Source of the DNA: an uncultured Desulfospira sp.
GTDB lineage: Bacteria > Desulfobacterota > Desulfobacteria > Desulfobacterales > Desulfobacteraceae
Reading direction: 5' to 3'
Assembly (NCBI GenBank): GCA_963663165.1
Contig: OY760175.1
Coordinates: forward strand, 1,984,001-2,048,000
DNA length: 64,000 bases
Shown: positions 46,824 to 55,995 of the stretch, piece by piece
Numbering within the stretch: position 1 is the stretch's first letter
Layout of the letters: the number at the start of each line of letters is the position of its first letter
The notes under the pieces: model-generated
The model's input: only the letters and a program-made list of their open reading frames with translations
Told to the model about the DNA's origin: nothing
Database searches by the model: none
Position numbers and translations under genes: made by a program

Positions 46824-48074
46824 TTAATGCTTAAAGCTGCGCTGGCCGGTGTAGACCATGGTGGCACCGGTCTCGTTGCAGGCCTCGATGGACTGGTAGT
46901 CGTTCAAAGAGCCGCCGGGCTGGATCACAGCCTTGACCCCCTGCCTCAACCCTACGTCAATGCCATCCCGGAAGGGAAAGAAGGCATCCGACACCATGGC
47001 GGCGCCAATGAGCCCGCCGTTGACCCGGGCCACCCGTTCTTCGATTTCAGAGCGTTTGTCCTTGTCGGTGAGATCGGCAAAGGATATCTGGTGCTGCTCA
47101 TAGCAGTACCGGTCGGCCAGCTTGCGATAGGCCTTGTCCACAGCGATTTCAGCAACCCCCACCCGGTCCTGTTCGCCGGTGCCGATGCCCACGGTGCAGT
47201 TGTCTTTCACGTAAATCACCGAGTTGGATGTGATGCCTGATTCCACCAGCCAGCCAAAGAGCATGTCCTGGTATTCCTGTTCTGTGGGGTTACGGTCCAC
47301 GGTAAAGGTCTGCCCTTTGTACTCGGTGGCAGCCAGGCTCAGGTCTTCTTTTTTCAAGGTGGTGGGCACAAAGGACCACTGGGCCACCAGCCCCCCGTCC
47401 ATCAGGCTTTTAAAATCCACCACCCGCTCACCGATAAAGCTTTGCAGCCGGTCAATGGCATTGATCCGGATAACCCTTAAGTTCTTTCTCTGACCCAGGA
47501 TGTCAATAACCCCGTCTTCAAATTCAGGGGCCACCACCACTTCGGCGTACTGGGAGGCAATGGCTTCTGCAGTGGCCTTGTCCACGGCCCGGTTCAGGGC
47601 GATACAGCCGCCAAAGGCGGCCACCCGGTCTGCCATATACGCTTTGTGATAGGCCTGTTCAAGGCTGTCTGCCCTGGCCGCTCCGCAGGGGTTGTTGTGC
47701 TTGACAATAACCGCGCAGGGCATGTCCGTGAAGTACCGTAAAATATTCAAAGAGTTGTCCGCATCGGTCAGGTTGGTTTTTCCCGGATGTTTGCCCGACT
47801 GAAGCAGCTCTATATCGGATACCAGATATTTGCCCGGGGCAATGGTCTTTGCGTCTCCCAGGGCTAAATTCCCGTTGACCAGCCGGTAAAGGGCGGCCTC
47901 CTGGCCCGGGTTTTCCCCATACCGCAGGCCTTTTTCAACCCCGTCTATGACCCAGGACACCTTTTCATAGAACAGGGTCTGCCGTTTGTCTCCGTCCACA
48001 AAGCTGATTTCCATGGCCGGGGTAAAATGGTCATCCATTATGGTTTTGTACATCTGCTTTAAGTCTTTGGACAT
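46824..48074 (-). CDS. purH: PurH AICAR transformylase domain (stand-alone)
   Basis: LRYGENPGQ, IVKHNNPCG, AFGGCIA, SDAFFPFRDG, IQPGGS, RSFKH. Confidence 0.92.
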   Translation of the reverse strand: MSKDLKQMYKTIMDDHFTPAMEISFVDGDKRQTLFYEKVSWVIDGVEKGLRYGENPGQEAALYRLVNGNLALGDAKTIAPGKYLVSDIELLQSGKHPGKTNLTDADNSLNILRYFTDMPCAVIVKHNNPCGAARADSLEQAYHKAYMADRVAAFGGCIALNRAVDKATAEAIASQYAEVVVAPEFEDGVIDILGQRKNLRVIRINAIDRLQSFIGERVVDFKSLMDGGLVAQWSFVPTTLKKEDLSLAATEYKGQTFTVDRNPTEQEYQDMLFGWLVESGITSNSVIYVKDNCTVGIGTGEQDRVGVAEIAVDKAYRKLADRYCYEQHQISFADLTDKDKRSEIEERVARVNGGLIGAAMVSDAFFPFRDGIDVGLRQGVKAVIQPGGSLNDYQSIEACNETGATMVYTGQRSFKH

Positions 48075-48169
48075 GGTAGATCTCCTTTAATTAGGTGTTT
48101 AGGCTGAAGGGGCTTAGGCTGAAGGGATCAATACCCATCCTTCAGTCTTCAGCCTTCAGTCTATTTACC

Positions 48170-48844
48170 CTAAAAGTAACAGGCCTTGATTTCATCAAAG
48201 GGGCGATTGGCAAGGTAGTCGGCAATGGCCCGGTCGTATCGGGCGGTATGTTCGAATGCCTTTTGGGCCAGTTCAAACCGGTCTGACAGGCCAAGGGTAC
48301 CGGCGCCAGCCGTCATCTGTTCTAAAATTTTGGGATAGGAACCCGGGTCCACCACCGAAGCCACCCGGATAAAATTCTTGGCCGCTGCCCGGATCATGGT
48401 CGGGCCGCCAATGTCAATATTGCCCCGGGCGTTTTCCGGTGTGGCATCGGGTTTGGCAATGGTCTGGCCAAAGGGGTAAAGGTTGACCACGACCATATCA
48501 ATGGCCCGGGCATGGGTCCGCTTCAGGTCCTGCTGGTGATCGGGATTGTAGGTTTCCGTGAGCAGGCCCAGATAAATTTTAAAATCCAGGGTCTTCACCA
48601 GCCCTCCCTGGGTTTCGGGCTGGCCTGTGTATTCGGATACCGGCTTTAAATATTTATCGGCGTCAGTCCCGAGGATCTCCTTAATCTTTGAATATGTTCC
48701 GCCCGTGGAAAGAATCAGAATATCGGGGTTCAGAGCCACAATCCCCGGAATAAACGTTTCCAGGCCGGTCTTGTCTGATACGCTTGCCAGGATGGTATTG
48801 ATTTTTACAGGGTCATCAATTTGATCAACAACATTTTTTCCCAT
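48170..48844 (-). CDS. purH: PurH IMP cyclohydrolase (MGS-like) domain (stand-alone)
   Basis: SVSDKTGL, STGGT, GGLVKTL, VVVNLYPF, NIDIGGPTMIRAAAKN, HTARYD. Confidence 0.9.
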   Translation of the reverse strand: MGKNVVDQIDDPVKINTILASVSDKTGLETFIPGIVALNPDILILSTGGTYSKIKEILGTDADKYLKPVSEYTGQPETQGGLVKTLDFKIYLGLLTETYNPDHQQDLKRTHARAIDMVVVNLYPFGQTIAKPDATPENARGNIDIGGPTMIRAAAKNFIRVASVVDPGSYPKILEQMTAGAGTLGLSDRFELAQKAFEHTARYDRAIADYLANRPFDEIKACYF

Positions 48845-48974
48845 GATCGTTCCTTTGGTTAACTTTTGGCTGTTAGCTTTTAGCTGGTAGCGCTTAGCCG
48901 TTAGGGGGTCTTTAACCGCCTGTTCATGAAATTTTAAATGGTACAAATCAAGGGATGGTAGTATGATTTCAAAT

Positions 48975-49649
48975 TCAGGTCAAGGCTGTAATTTCCCGGA
49001 CCACCGGGGCCATGGCCGCCCGGTCTTCCGGGGGGATCATGAGGACGGGGATCTTTTGGTTTCTGATGAAATGTCTGCCGGTCCGGTCCGGATCGGGCCT
49101 GGTATAGCCGGCTTCTGAAAACAAAAGGATCATGTCAGAAAGATTGCCGAAAACACCCGGCTGGTCCATCTGCTCAATATACTGAAGAAAGATATTGTTC
49201 AAGGTCAATACCCGGGGCGGCATCCGGGCATACCCGGTCTTTTCACAGGATACCTCGGACATCATGGCCCGGCATCCAAAGGGCCTTGATTCATACACCG
49301 TACAAAGGTTGTTTTCCAGCAAGGGGCACTGGCCCCACAGGGGATCATTTTCCTCTTCAGGGGTTTCTTGTCCGGACATGCAGGCTTGAACAAACCCATT
49401 GGTGGTCAAGGCCGGAATATACCGTTTTTCAGGGAAATTATCCTTAACTTTTTTTACAACCCTTTGTTTTGCCTGGCTGCCGAGCCGCAGGAATAAAAAC
49501 TCAACCTCAAGGCTGGTCACCGTTACATTACAGGTACAGCAGCCGGCACAACCCTGCCGGCATGCCGGCCCGGCCCCTTCAAGTTTGAGGATCTTTTCCA
49601 GGGCCCTCTCATAAAGGGCGTACAGGGCTCCAAGTGTGTTAACCATCAT
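48975..49649 (-). CDS. YkgJ-family cysteine-cluster protein
   Basis: CRQGCAGCC...CPLL..CTVYESRPFGCR. Confidence 0.85.
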   Translation of the reverse strand: MMVNTLGALYALYERALEKILKLEGAGPACRQGCAGCCTCNVTVTSLEVEFLFLRLGSQAKQRVVKKVKDNFPEKRYIPALTTNGFVQACMSGQETPEEENDPLWGQCPLLENNLCTVYESRPFGCRAMMSEVSCEKTGYARMPPRVLTLNNIFLQYIEQMDQPGVFGNLSDMILLFSEAGYTRPDPDRTGRHFIRNQKIPVLMIPPEDRAAMAPVVREITALT

Positions 49650-51411
49650 TTTGATCTGTGGTTTGAGCGGTTTTCAACTCACTCTTTTTTTTGGATTTGG
49701 TATACCATTCATACTTACCGTACAGTTTTTCCGTGCACTCCGGACAGATGGCATGGCTGAACAGCACACTTGAATGATTTTGAATATAGGTTTCCAGATT
49801 ATTCCAAAAGCCCTTGTCGTCCCGGATCTTTTTGCAATTGGCGCAAATGGGGACAAGCCCGCTTAAGACATTTACCTTTTCAAGGGCATCCTGAAGTTTC
49901 CGGATCAGCTGTTCTTTTTCAATCTGAGCATTTTTTGATTCCGTAATATCCTGAATACTGCCAAAAAGCCGGACAGCCTTATTGCTGCTGCCATACTCGG
50001 CCTTCCCGTTAATCCAGAGCCATTTTACTTTTCCTTTGGACAGGCATACCTGGTATTCGAATTCAGCCTCCCCCTCTTTGAACATTTTAATAAGGGCTTC
50101 TTCGCTGGGCCTGATGTAATCGGGATGAATCAGCTCAAGCAAGGTGGCATATTTTACGGGGCCGTCATCCCGGTTTATCTCGAAAATTGAGTAGGTTTCA
50201 TCGGCCAGGGTATAGACCCCTCCGGCCACATCGTACTCCCACCAGCCCGATTTGCCTAAACGGTTGGCGGTTTCCAGTTTTCCGGTCAGGTCCTTGAGCT
50301 TCTGGTTGGTTGTTTCAAGTTCGGTAACGGTTTCGGCAAGGGCAGTCTGGGCCCGCCGGCGTTCTTTTATTTCCTCTTCAAGGTGACCGGTTTCTTCAGC
50401 TATCTTTTGTTTTAATTCATCGGTATGGAGCAGGACCCTGTCGGCCAGAGGGCTCATTAAAAGCCAGAACCCTGACAGAATCACCAGATAAGCAATAAAA
50501 GACCCCAGCCCCCAATAAACAAAACGGATATTCAAGGATTCATACAGCTCTTTTTTATTTTGCAGCACCACAAGCCCCCAGTCAGGGCTGTCCAGATGAT
50601 GGTAAGCGGCGACATAGTCTGAAGATATATTGTCCATGCCCGACTCGCCCCGGCACGCCTTGATCAGCACGGCCTCAAGTAAATCCCGGGGGACACCGGC
50701 ATTGTCTTTTTCTGCTTTGGAAAACGGGGTCAGTATCCCCTTTTCGGTAGCAACCCCAAGAATAACTTTCCGGTTGTCTTCAGGAGATAACCCGTTCTGG
50801 ACAATTTTTTTAAGGGCGCAAAGGTCAATCATTACCAGATCAGCCCCCAGATATGTTTTTGAGCGGTTCAGGATAGGGGCACTGACAAAAAGGGTGCATT
50901 GGGATGGGTTGCTGAACGGATTTGACAGGGATATGGTAAAGGGCTGGGTATAATCAATGGAGAACGTGGGGGGTGATATGGCCTGTCCGCACTGGGCCAC
51001 CAGTTGTCCTTGCCGGTCCAGCCGGGTGATGCCGATGATCTCTTCGGACTGGTCCATGGCATCGGACAATTTGGGCGTTGTAAAGGCAGAAAGTTCTTCA
51101 AGACTGATCCGGCCATGGTTGTATTTTTCAAGTTCCTGCCTGATCCGTGAGCGGCTGGTCACCTGAAAGGCCACATCTTTGACCCGTCTTGCCCACTCAT
51201 CCACCGCCATGGCCCTCATATCGGCATCGTGAAGGACCTTGCTGTTTTCCGTATCTTTCAAGCGGTTGTATATGGGGACCACCATAGCGGCAATCAAGGT
51301 AAGGGAAAAAATCAAAAAAAAGGAGGCCGAATATAAAAAAAGGGTTTTCCTGAATTTTTGGGGGGATATGGTTTTCAATTGCTGTTTCAAAATCTGCCTT
51401 TTTAACCGCAC
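49639..51411 (-). CDS. Membrane sensor: Cache-like periplasmic domain, coiled coil, PAS, C-terminal Cys-rich output domain
   Basis: Two TM helices; GWWEYD..IHPD..GSIQDITESK (PAS_3); LSGLVPICANCKKIRDDKGFW..FSHAICPEC. Confidence 0.8.
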   Translation of the reverse strand: MRLKRQILKQQLKTISPQKFRKTLFLYSASFFLIFSLTLIAAMVVPIYNRLKDTENSKVLHDADMRAMAVDEWARRVKDVAFQVTSRSRIRQELEKYNHGRISLEELSAFTTPKLSDAMDQSEEIIGITRLDRQGQLVAQCGQAISPPTFSIDYTQPFTISLSNPFSNPSQCTLFVSAPILNRSKTYLGADLVMIDLCALKKIVQNGLSPEDNRKVILGVATEKGILTPFSKAEKDNAGVPRDLLEAVLIKACRGESGMDNISSDYVAAYHHLDSPDWGLVVLQNKKELYESLNIRFVYWGLGSFIAYLVILSGFWLLMSPLADRVLLHTDELKQKIAEETGHLEEEIKERRRAQTALAETVTELETTNQKLKDLTGKLETANRLGKSGWWEYDVAGGVYTLADETYSIFEINRDDGPVKYATLLELIHPDYIRPSEEALIKMFKEGEAEFEYQVCLSKGKVKWLWINGKAEYGSSNKAVRLFGSIQDITESKNAQIEKEQLIRKLQDALEKVNVLSGLVPICANCKKIRDDKGFWNNLETYIQNHSSVLFSHAICPECTEKLYGKYEWYTKSKKKSELKTAQTTDQNDG

Positions 51412-51837
51412 TGCCCTGCTATCCTCAAGGACAAGAGGATTTTTGTTTTACAAATCTGCTTGAAATCCTACTATAGTTTCTTTGAATAGTATCATTAAGT
51501 GTCAAAAAAGAAAACCATTCGAAGACACTGCCCTCGGGAAACCGCATTTATAACCCGGCATGATATTGGGGTCTTGTTAGTAAATTTTATAATGTATATT
51601 GTTGAGACTTGGGATATGGGATATGGGACTTGGGGAGGCCGTGAATGCCGCAATCCCCAGGTCCCATATCCCAAGTCCCAAGTCCAATTTTTTGGAGATT
51701 AAATGGATCAATACAAATGAAGTGATCCTGGGCATCACCCCAGGGGCAACGAAAAAGTTTGGGTTCCCTAAAAAAATGCTGTATAATCCTGATGCTTCCG
51801 CCACCTGGTTAAAAACCCAAATTAAAAAAGGAGAATC

Positions 51838-52860
51838 ATGACCACATTAAAAACACCGGCCCCCAACAAAGGCCTTTTTGATCTGTTATACCAAAGCTAT
51901 GTGCCCAAAATCATCAACGCCGCCATTGACACTGGCCTGTTTGACGCCCTTTCAAATGAAACAATGTCCCTTTCCCGGCTGTCTGAAACCCTGAAAACAG
52001 CCCCATCCATCACCGGGGCCCTGCTCAACGTCCTTGTGGCTGCAGGCTTAGTGGACCAAAAAGACGATGCCTTTATCCTTACCCCGCCCGCCCTGGATTT
52101 TCTGGTAAGGAAATCAGAAACCAGCCAGATCAATGCCGTCAAAGAATATTCGGGCAGCAGCGGCCCCTTTGATACCCTGGTGGATGCCCTTCACGGCAAG
52201 GCCCCGGCCTTTGACGGCAAAATGTGGGGTTCCAAAAAGGCGGCCCTGAATATGGAGCAGCAGCAAAAAGGGGGAGCCATCCAGTCGGTCGTCTCCTTTG
52301 CCACAGGACTTGCCCCATTCAAATCCTGCACCAAATTATGCGATTTTGCCGGCAATATCGGGTATCTGTCCTTTGCCCTGATGGCGGAAAACCAGAACCT
52401 GACGGCCCACATTTATGATCTTCCAGAGGTCTGCGCCCTTGCCCGGGACCTCAAAAAAGACCAGGAGGATTTTGACCGGGCCGTTTTTCACGATTTTGAC
52501 ATGGAAAAAGACACCTCCTTTGGCTCGGGGTATGACCTTTTTTTAAGCTCCCATTTTCTGTACGAACTCAATGCCAGCGGGGGGCTTCCGGAATTTTTTA
52601 AACGGGTGAACCAGTCCATGGTAACGGGCGGCCTGTTTATCTCAAACCATGTTGTGCCGTCCAGGGACCCGGGGCACCATCTGACCGCATCGTTGCTGGA
52701 ACTGATGACAAAGTGCATGGGATATCCCACCCATCATCTTCCGGAACAAGATCTTGTATCGGCCTTAAAGAGCGCGGGATTCGGGGAATTTACAACCCGC
52801 CGGCTGGAGACCCAATTTGCCTATCCCATGCTGCTTTTAAGTGCTGTCAAAATCAAATGA
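51838..52860 (+). CDS. O-methyltransferase (dimerisation + Methyltransf_2)
   Basis: AAIDTGLFDAL, CDFAGNIG, IYDLPEV, YDLFLSSHFL. Confidence 0.85.
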   Translation: MTTLKTPAPNKGLFDLLYQSYVPKIINAAIDTGLFDALSNETMSLSRLSETLKTAPSITGALLNVLVAAGLVDQKDDAFILTPPALDFLVRKSETSQINAVKEYSGSSGPFDTLVDALHGKAPAFDGKMWGSKKAALNMEQQQKGGAIQSVVSFATGLAPFKSCTKLCDFAGNIGYLSFALMAENQNLTAHIYDLPEVCALARDLKKDQEDFDRAVFHDFDMEKDTSFGSGYDLFLSSHFLYELNASGGLPEFFKRVNQSMVTGGLFISNHVVPSRDPGHHLTASLLELMTKCMGYPTHHLPEQDLVSALKSAGFGEFTTRRLETQFAYPMLLLSAVKIK

Positions 52861-53891
52861 AACCGTCTTCCATTCACCTGATCCATGGATTTAAAACAGC
52901 CCTGGCCACAGTGGCCTGTTATGGGGTAACCCAGGTGTTCAACCTGGAGTTCGGATACTGGGCCGTAATTTCCACGGTTATTGTCATGCAGGTATATGTG
53001 GCCGACTCCATTGACATGTGCCTTTACCGCCTGTCCGGCACCCTTATCGGTGCGGCCTTGGGTGCCGGAGTCATGCTGCTGGTCCCCCACACCCCGGTAT
53101 GGATGGGCGTGGCATTGTTTGTCACCACCGGGTCCTGCGCCTTTCTAACCCTGTATAAAACCCGGTACAGAATGGCCGCCATCACAGCGGTGATCATTAT
53201 CCTGACCGGGGTGGCCAATGAGCACATAATCGGATTTACCCTGTTCCGGGTCTTGGAAATCGGTATCGGCATTATCTGCGCATTTTTAGTCTCTGTAATG
53301 GTCTTTCCCCGGCGCAGAATCGATGCCTTGACATCCAGACTGCTGTCCCAGGCCGAAAAATGCAGCCAGCTCGGACAGGACCTGGTCCAGGCCTTTGTGG
53401 AAAAACAGCAGCATATCGATGAATCCCTTGTCAAAGCCCTGGTTGCCGAATCCCGGGAAAACCAGGCCTTTCTGGTGAACATCCACCGCCATGAGGTCAG
53501 GCTTTATCACCTGGACGGCGGTTTTCAGACCGGGGTGTTCCTGATGACACGGACCGTGGAGAACCTAAGGAACATGGCCAGAATCCTGAACAGCCTTGAG
53601 CCAGAAGGGCATCACATCATCATGGCCCAGGAAATGGCACAAATCGCCAAAAGGGCCGGCCAGGTCCTGGTGGCCTTGAATGTGGAACCAGGGGCGGCAG
53701 ATACCCAAAAACTTGCCGACGCCATTGACCAAATGGACCACCGGCTTTTTGACATCAGAAAAGAGGGGCTGACGGCCCGGTTTGATCTCAAGCGGCTGCT
53801 TCAGGTCATGTCTTTTTACAACAGCCTGAAATACTATGCCCAGGATATTCTTGAGGCGGCCCGGAAAATGGGCGAAAAAAAAACGACCTGA
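52857..53891 (+). CDS. FUSC/aromatic-acid exporter family membrane protein
   Basis: GFKTALA, GYWAVISTVIVMQ, RLSGTLIGA, RVLEIGIGI. Start refined to the ATGA overlap at 52857. Confidence 0.88.
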   Translation: MKPSSIHLIHGFKTALATVACYGVTQVFNLEFGYWAVISTVIVMQVYVADSIDMCLYRLSGTLIGAALGAGVMLLVPHTPVWMGVALFVTTGSCAFLTLYKTRYRMAAITAVIIILTGVANEHIIGFTLFRVLEIGIGIICAFLVSVMVFPRRRIDALTSRLLSQAEKCSQLGQDLVQAFVEKQQHIDESLVKALVAESRENQAFLVNIHRHEVRLYHLDGGFQTGVFLMTRTVENLRNMARILNSLEPEGHHIIMAQEMAQIAKRAGQVLVALNVEPGAADTQKLADAIDQMDHRLFDIRKEGLTARFDLKRLLQVMSFYNSLKYYAQDILEAARKMGEKKTT

Positions 53892-53940
53892 TTGTTCCGG
53901 TTGATGACAGGGCGTCCAATCTGCACCGGATGCCCTGTTT

Positions 53941-54441
53941 TTATATCTGATAGTCCATGATCAGCACATCAAAGGGCAGATGATCAAATTTAAGGTTCTC
54001 AAAATCCTTGAACCCCAGTCTGGTGTACCATTTTTTCAACCGGGTATTTTCAGCAATAATACCAATGCTGATACGGCTTAGATTTTTTTCTTTGGCATAT
54101 GCCATGATATGATGAACCAGGGCCGTTCCGATTCCGCGCCTTCGAAATTCCGGCAGAACTGACAGCCGGTTCAGGTATGCCGTATGGGTGTCGGGCTGCT
54201 GAAAGGCCACACAGCCTGCGGCCGCACCATCTGCCATGGCCGAAAAATACACCTGCCCGTTCTGAAAATCCGATCGGATCCAGCCCGCCGTACAAAAAGA
54301 AGGATGCTTTGCGGCATTTTCATTTGTCAGCCCGAATTGTTGGGCCACATCCCTGTTGCTTCGGCTGATGATGGCGGCAAGCTTTTGGGCATCGGCTATG
54401 GTTGCAGGTATGATTTTCATGATATTCCCGTCAGCTGGCAT
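53941..54441 (-). CDS. GNAT N-acetyltransferase
   Basis: RLSVLPEFRRRGIGTALV, WYTRLGF. Confidence 0.88.
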   Translation of the reverse strand: MPADGNIMKIIPATIADAQKLAAIISRSNRDVAQQFGLTNENAAKHPSFCTAGWIRSDFQNGQVYFSAMADGAAAGCVAFQQPDTHTAYLNRLSVLPEFRRRGIGTALVHHIMAYAKEKNLSRISIGIIAENTRLKKWYTRLGFKDFENLKFDHLPFDVLIMDYQI

Positions 54442-54624
54442 ATTTCAATTACAAGTTTACGCAAAATGGGGCCGTGCCAGGATCCTGCCCGAGGTTGAAA
54501 ATGCATCAATAAGACTTAAGTTAAACGGTCAGGACAGACTTTTTTTATTGTTGATGAAAAGACATAAAAAATCAACCGGTCTGCCCTGATTTATTTTAAC
54601 TGGAATGTCCTGGGCCAAAAAGGA

Positions 54625-55833
54625 GTGATGAATATGAACGCATTGCATTCTTGCGCCCTGGTTGACCTGAGCATTAGTATTTCCTGGGAAAAAGACGCCA
54701 TAACCCACGAGGATCATTTTTATGTCAATGGACTGAACGGCTACCGGGATATCTTCCCGGGTTCGCCGCTGGCACGCTTGTTCACAAAGGACCGCCCGTC
54801 AGACCTGTCCCTTGATATTCAACCCGGAGAATTTGTGCCGGGTTTTGCCCCCCAAAAAATCATGTCCCTGCCCTGGTCCCGGATCAACCACCCGCCAACG
54901 GATCAGATCCAAAGGGGCCGGTTTTACCCCAGGGGAATCTTATCCGGAATCCCGGGAATTTTTAAGGGAAATACCCAGCCGTTCCGCTGTGTGGATCTGG
55001 ATTCAAAGGGCATTCTGGCAGACATGAATCATCCCATGGCACCGCTTGGCTTTACATTGAAATTTCAAATTATGAACCGGTCCTCAAAAGCTGAGGAGCG
55101 CGGGGGCGCCTGCATGGACTGGCTTGAAGCCGCCCTGTCCGGCCCGGGCATGCAAAGCCGCTGCAATGGCTGTCCCACGGATTTTTTCACCCCATGGGCA
55201 TTTGACCGGGATGATTCCGGGCCGGATGCGGATTTTTACCGGACCGACCGGTTTGTCGGCCATGTGGATACCACAGCCGGCCGGAATCTGTCCGGGCTGT
55301 ATAAATCCCTTCTTCATCCCGGGGAAACGGTTCTGGATCTCATGGCCGGGTGGCAGTCCCATATCCCGGAGGATCTTGAGCTTGAAATGCTTCATGGGAT
55401 CGGGCTCAATAAAAACGAATTGAAAGACAACCCTGGCCTTTCCGGCTTTACCCTACAGGATTTGAACCAGAACCCGACACTTGAATTTAAAGACCATTTT
55501 TTTGATGCGGTGATCTGCTCCTTATCCGTTGAATACCTTTCAAATCCCATCCCTGTGTTTAAAGAAGTGGCAAGGGTCCTGAAACCCGGGGGCCTGTTTG
55601 CCGTATCCTTTTCCAACCGGTGGTTTGAGCCCAAAGCCATAAACATCTGGAAAGATCTCCATGATTTTGAGCGAATGGGAATGATCCTTGAATACTTTGA
55701 CAGGGCCGGCGGATTCGAATCCTTTTCAACCCGGTCCATGCGGGGATATCCAAGACCCGTGGATGACAAATATTTCCCGGAAATCCGGACCAGCGACCCG
55801 GTTTATGTGGTTGCCGGTTATACAGTTTCTTAA
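54625..55833 (+). CDS. Type-11 methyltransferase with an N-terminal SlyD/FKBP-like region
   Basis: DMNHPMA; VLDLMAGWQSH, FDAVICSLSVEYL, FSNRWF. Confidence 0.8.
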   Translation: MMNMNALHSCALVDLSISISWEKDAITHEDHFYVNGLNGYRDIFPGSPLARLFTKDRPSDLSLDIQPGEFVPGFAPQKIMSLPWSRINHPPTDQIQRGRFYPRGILSGIPGIFKGNTQPFRCVDLDSKGILADMNHPMAPLGFTLKFQIMNRSSKAEERGGACMDWLEAALSGPGMQSRCNGCPTDFFTPWAFDRDDSGPDADFYRTDRFVGHVDTTAGRNLSGLYKSLLHPGETVLDLMAGWQSHIPEDLELEMLHGIGLNKNELKDNPGLSGFTLQDLNQNPTLEFKDHFFDAVICSLSVEYLSNPIPVFKEVARVLKPGGLFAVSFSNRWFEPKAINIWKDLHDFERMGMILEYFDRAGGFESFSTRSMRGYPRPVDDKYFPEIRTSDPVYVVAGYTVS

Positions 55834-55995
55834 AACAGAACCATTGACCGGAAACCGGAAGCCAAATCCGGCATACGCCCCCCCCCGGTTTCCGGTTCCC
55901 GGTTTACGGTCTCCGTTAATGCAGCCAAATGAACCAGATTGACCCGACTCGTAATCTGTGACATAGTCTAACCAGATAAACCCCACATCGAACCA

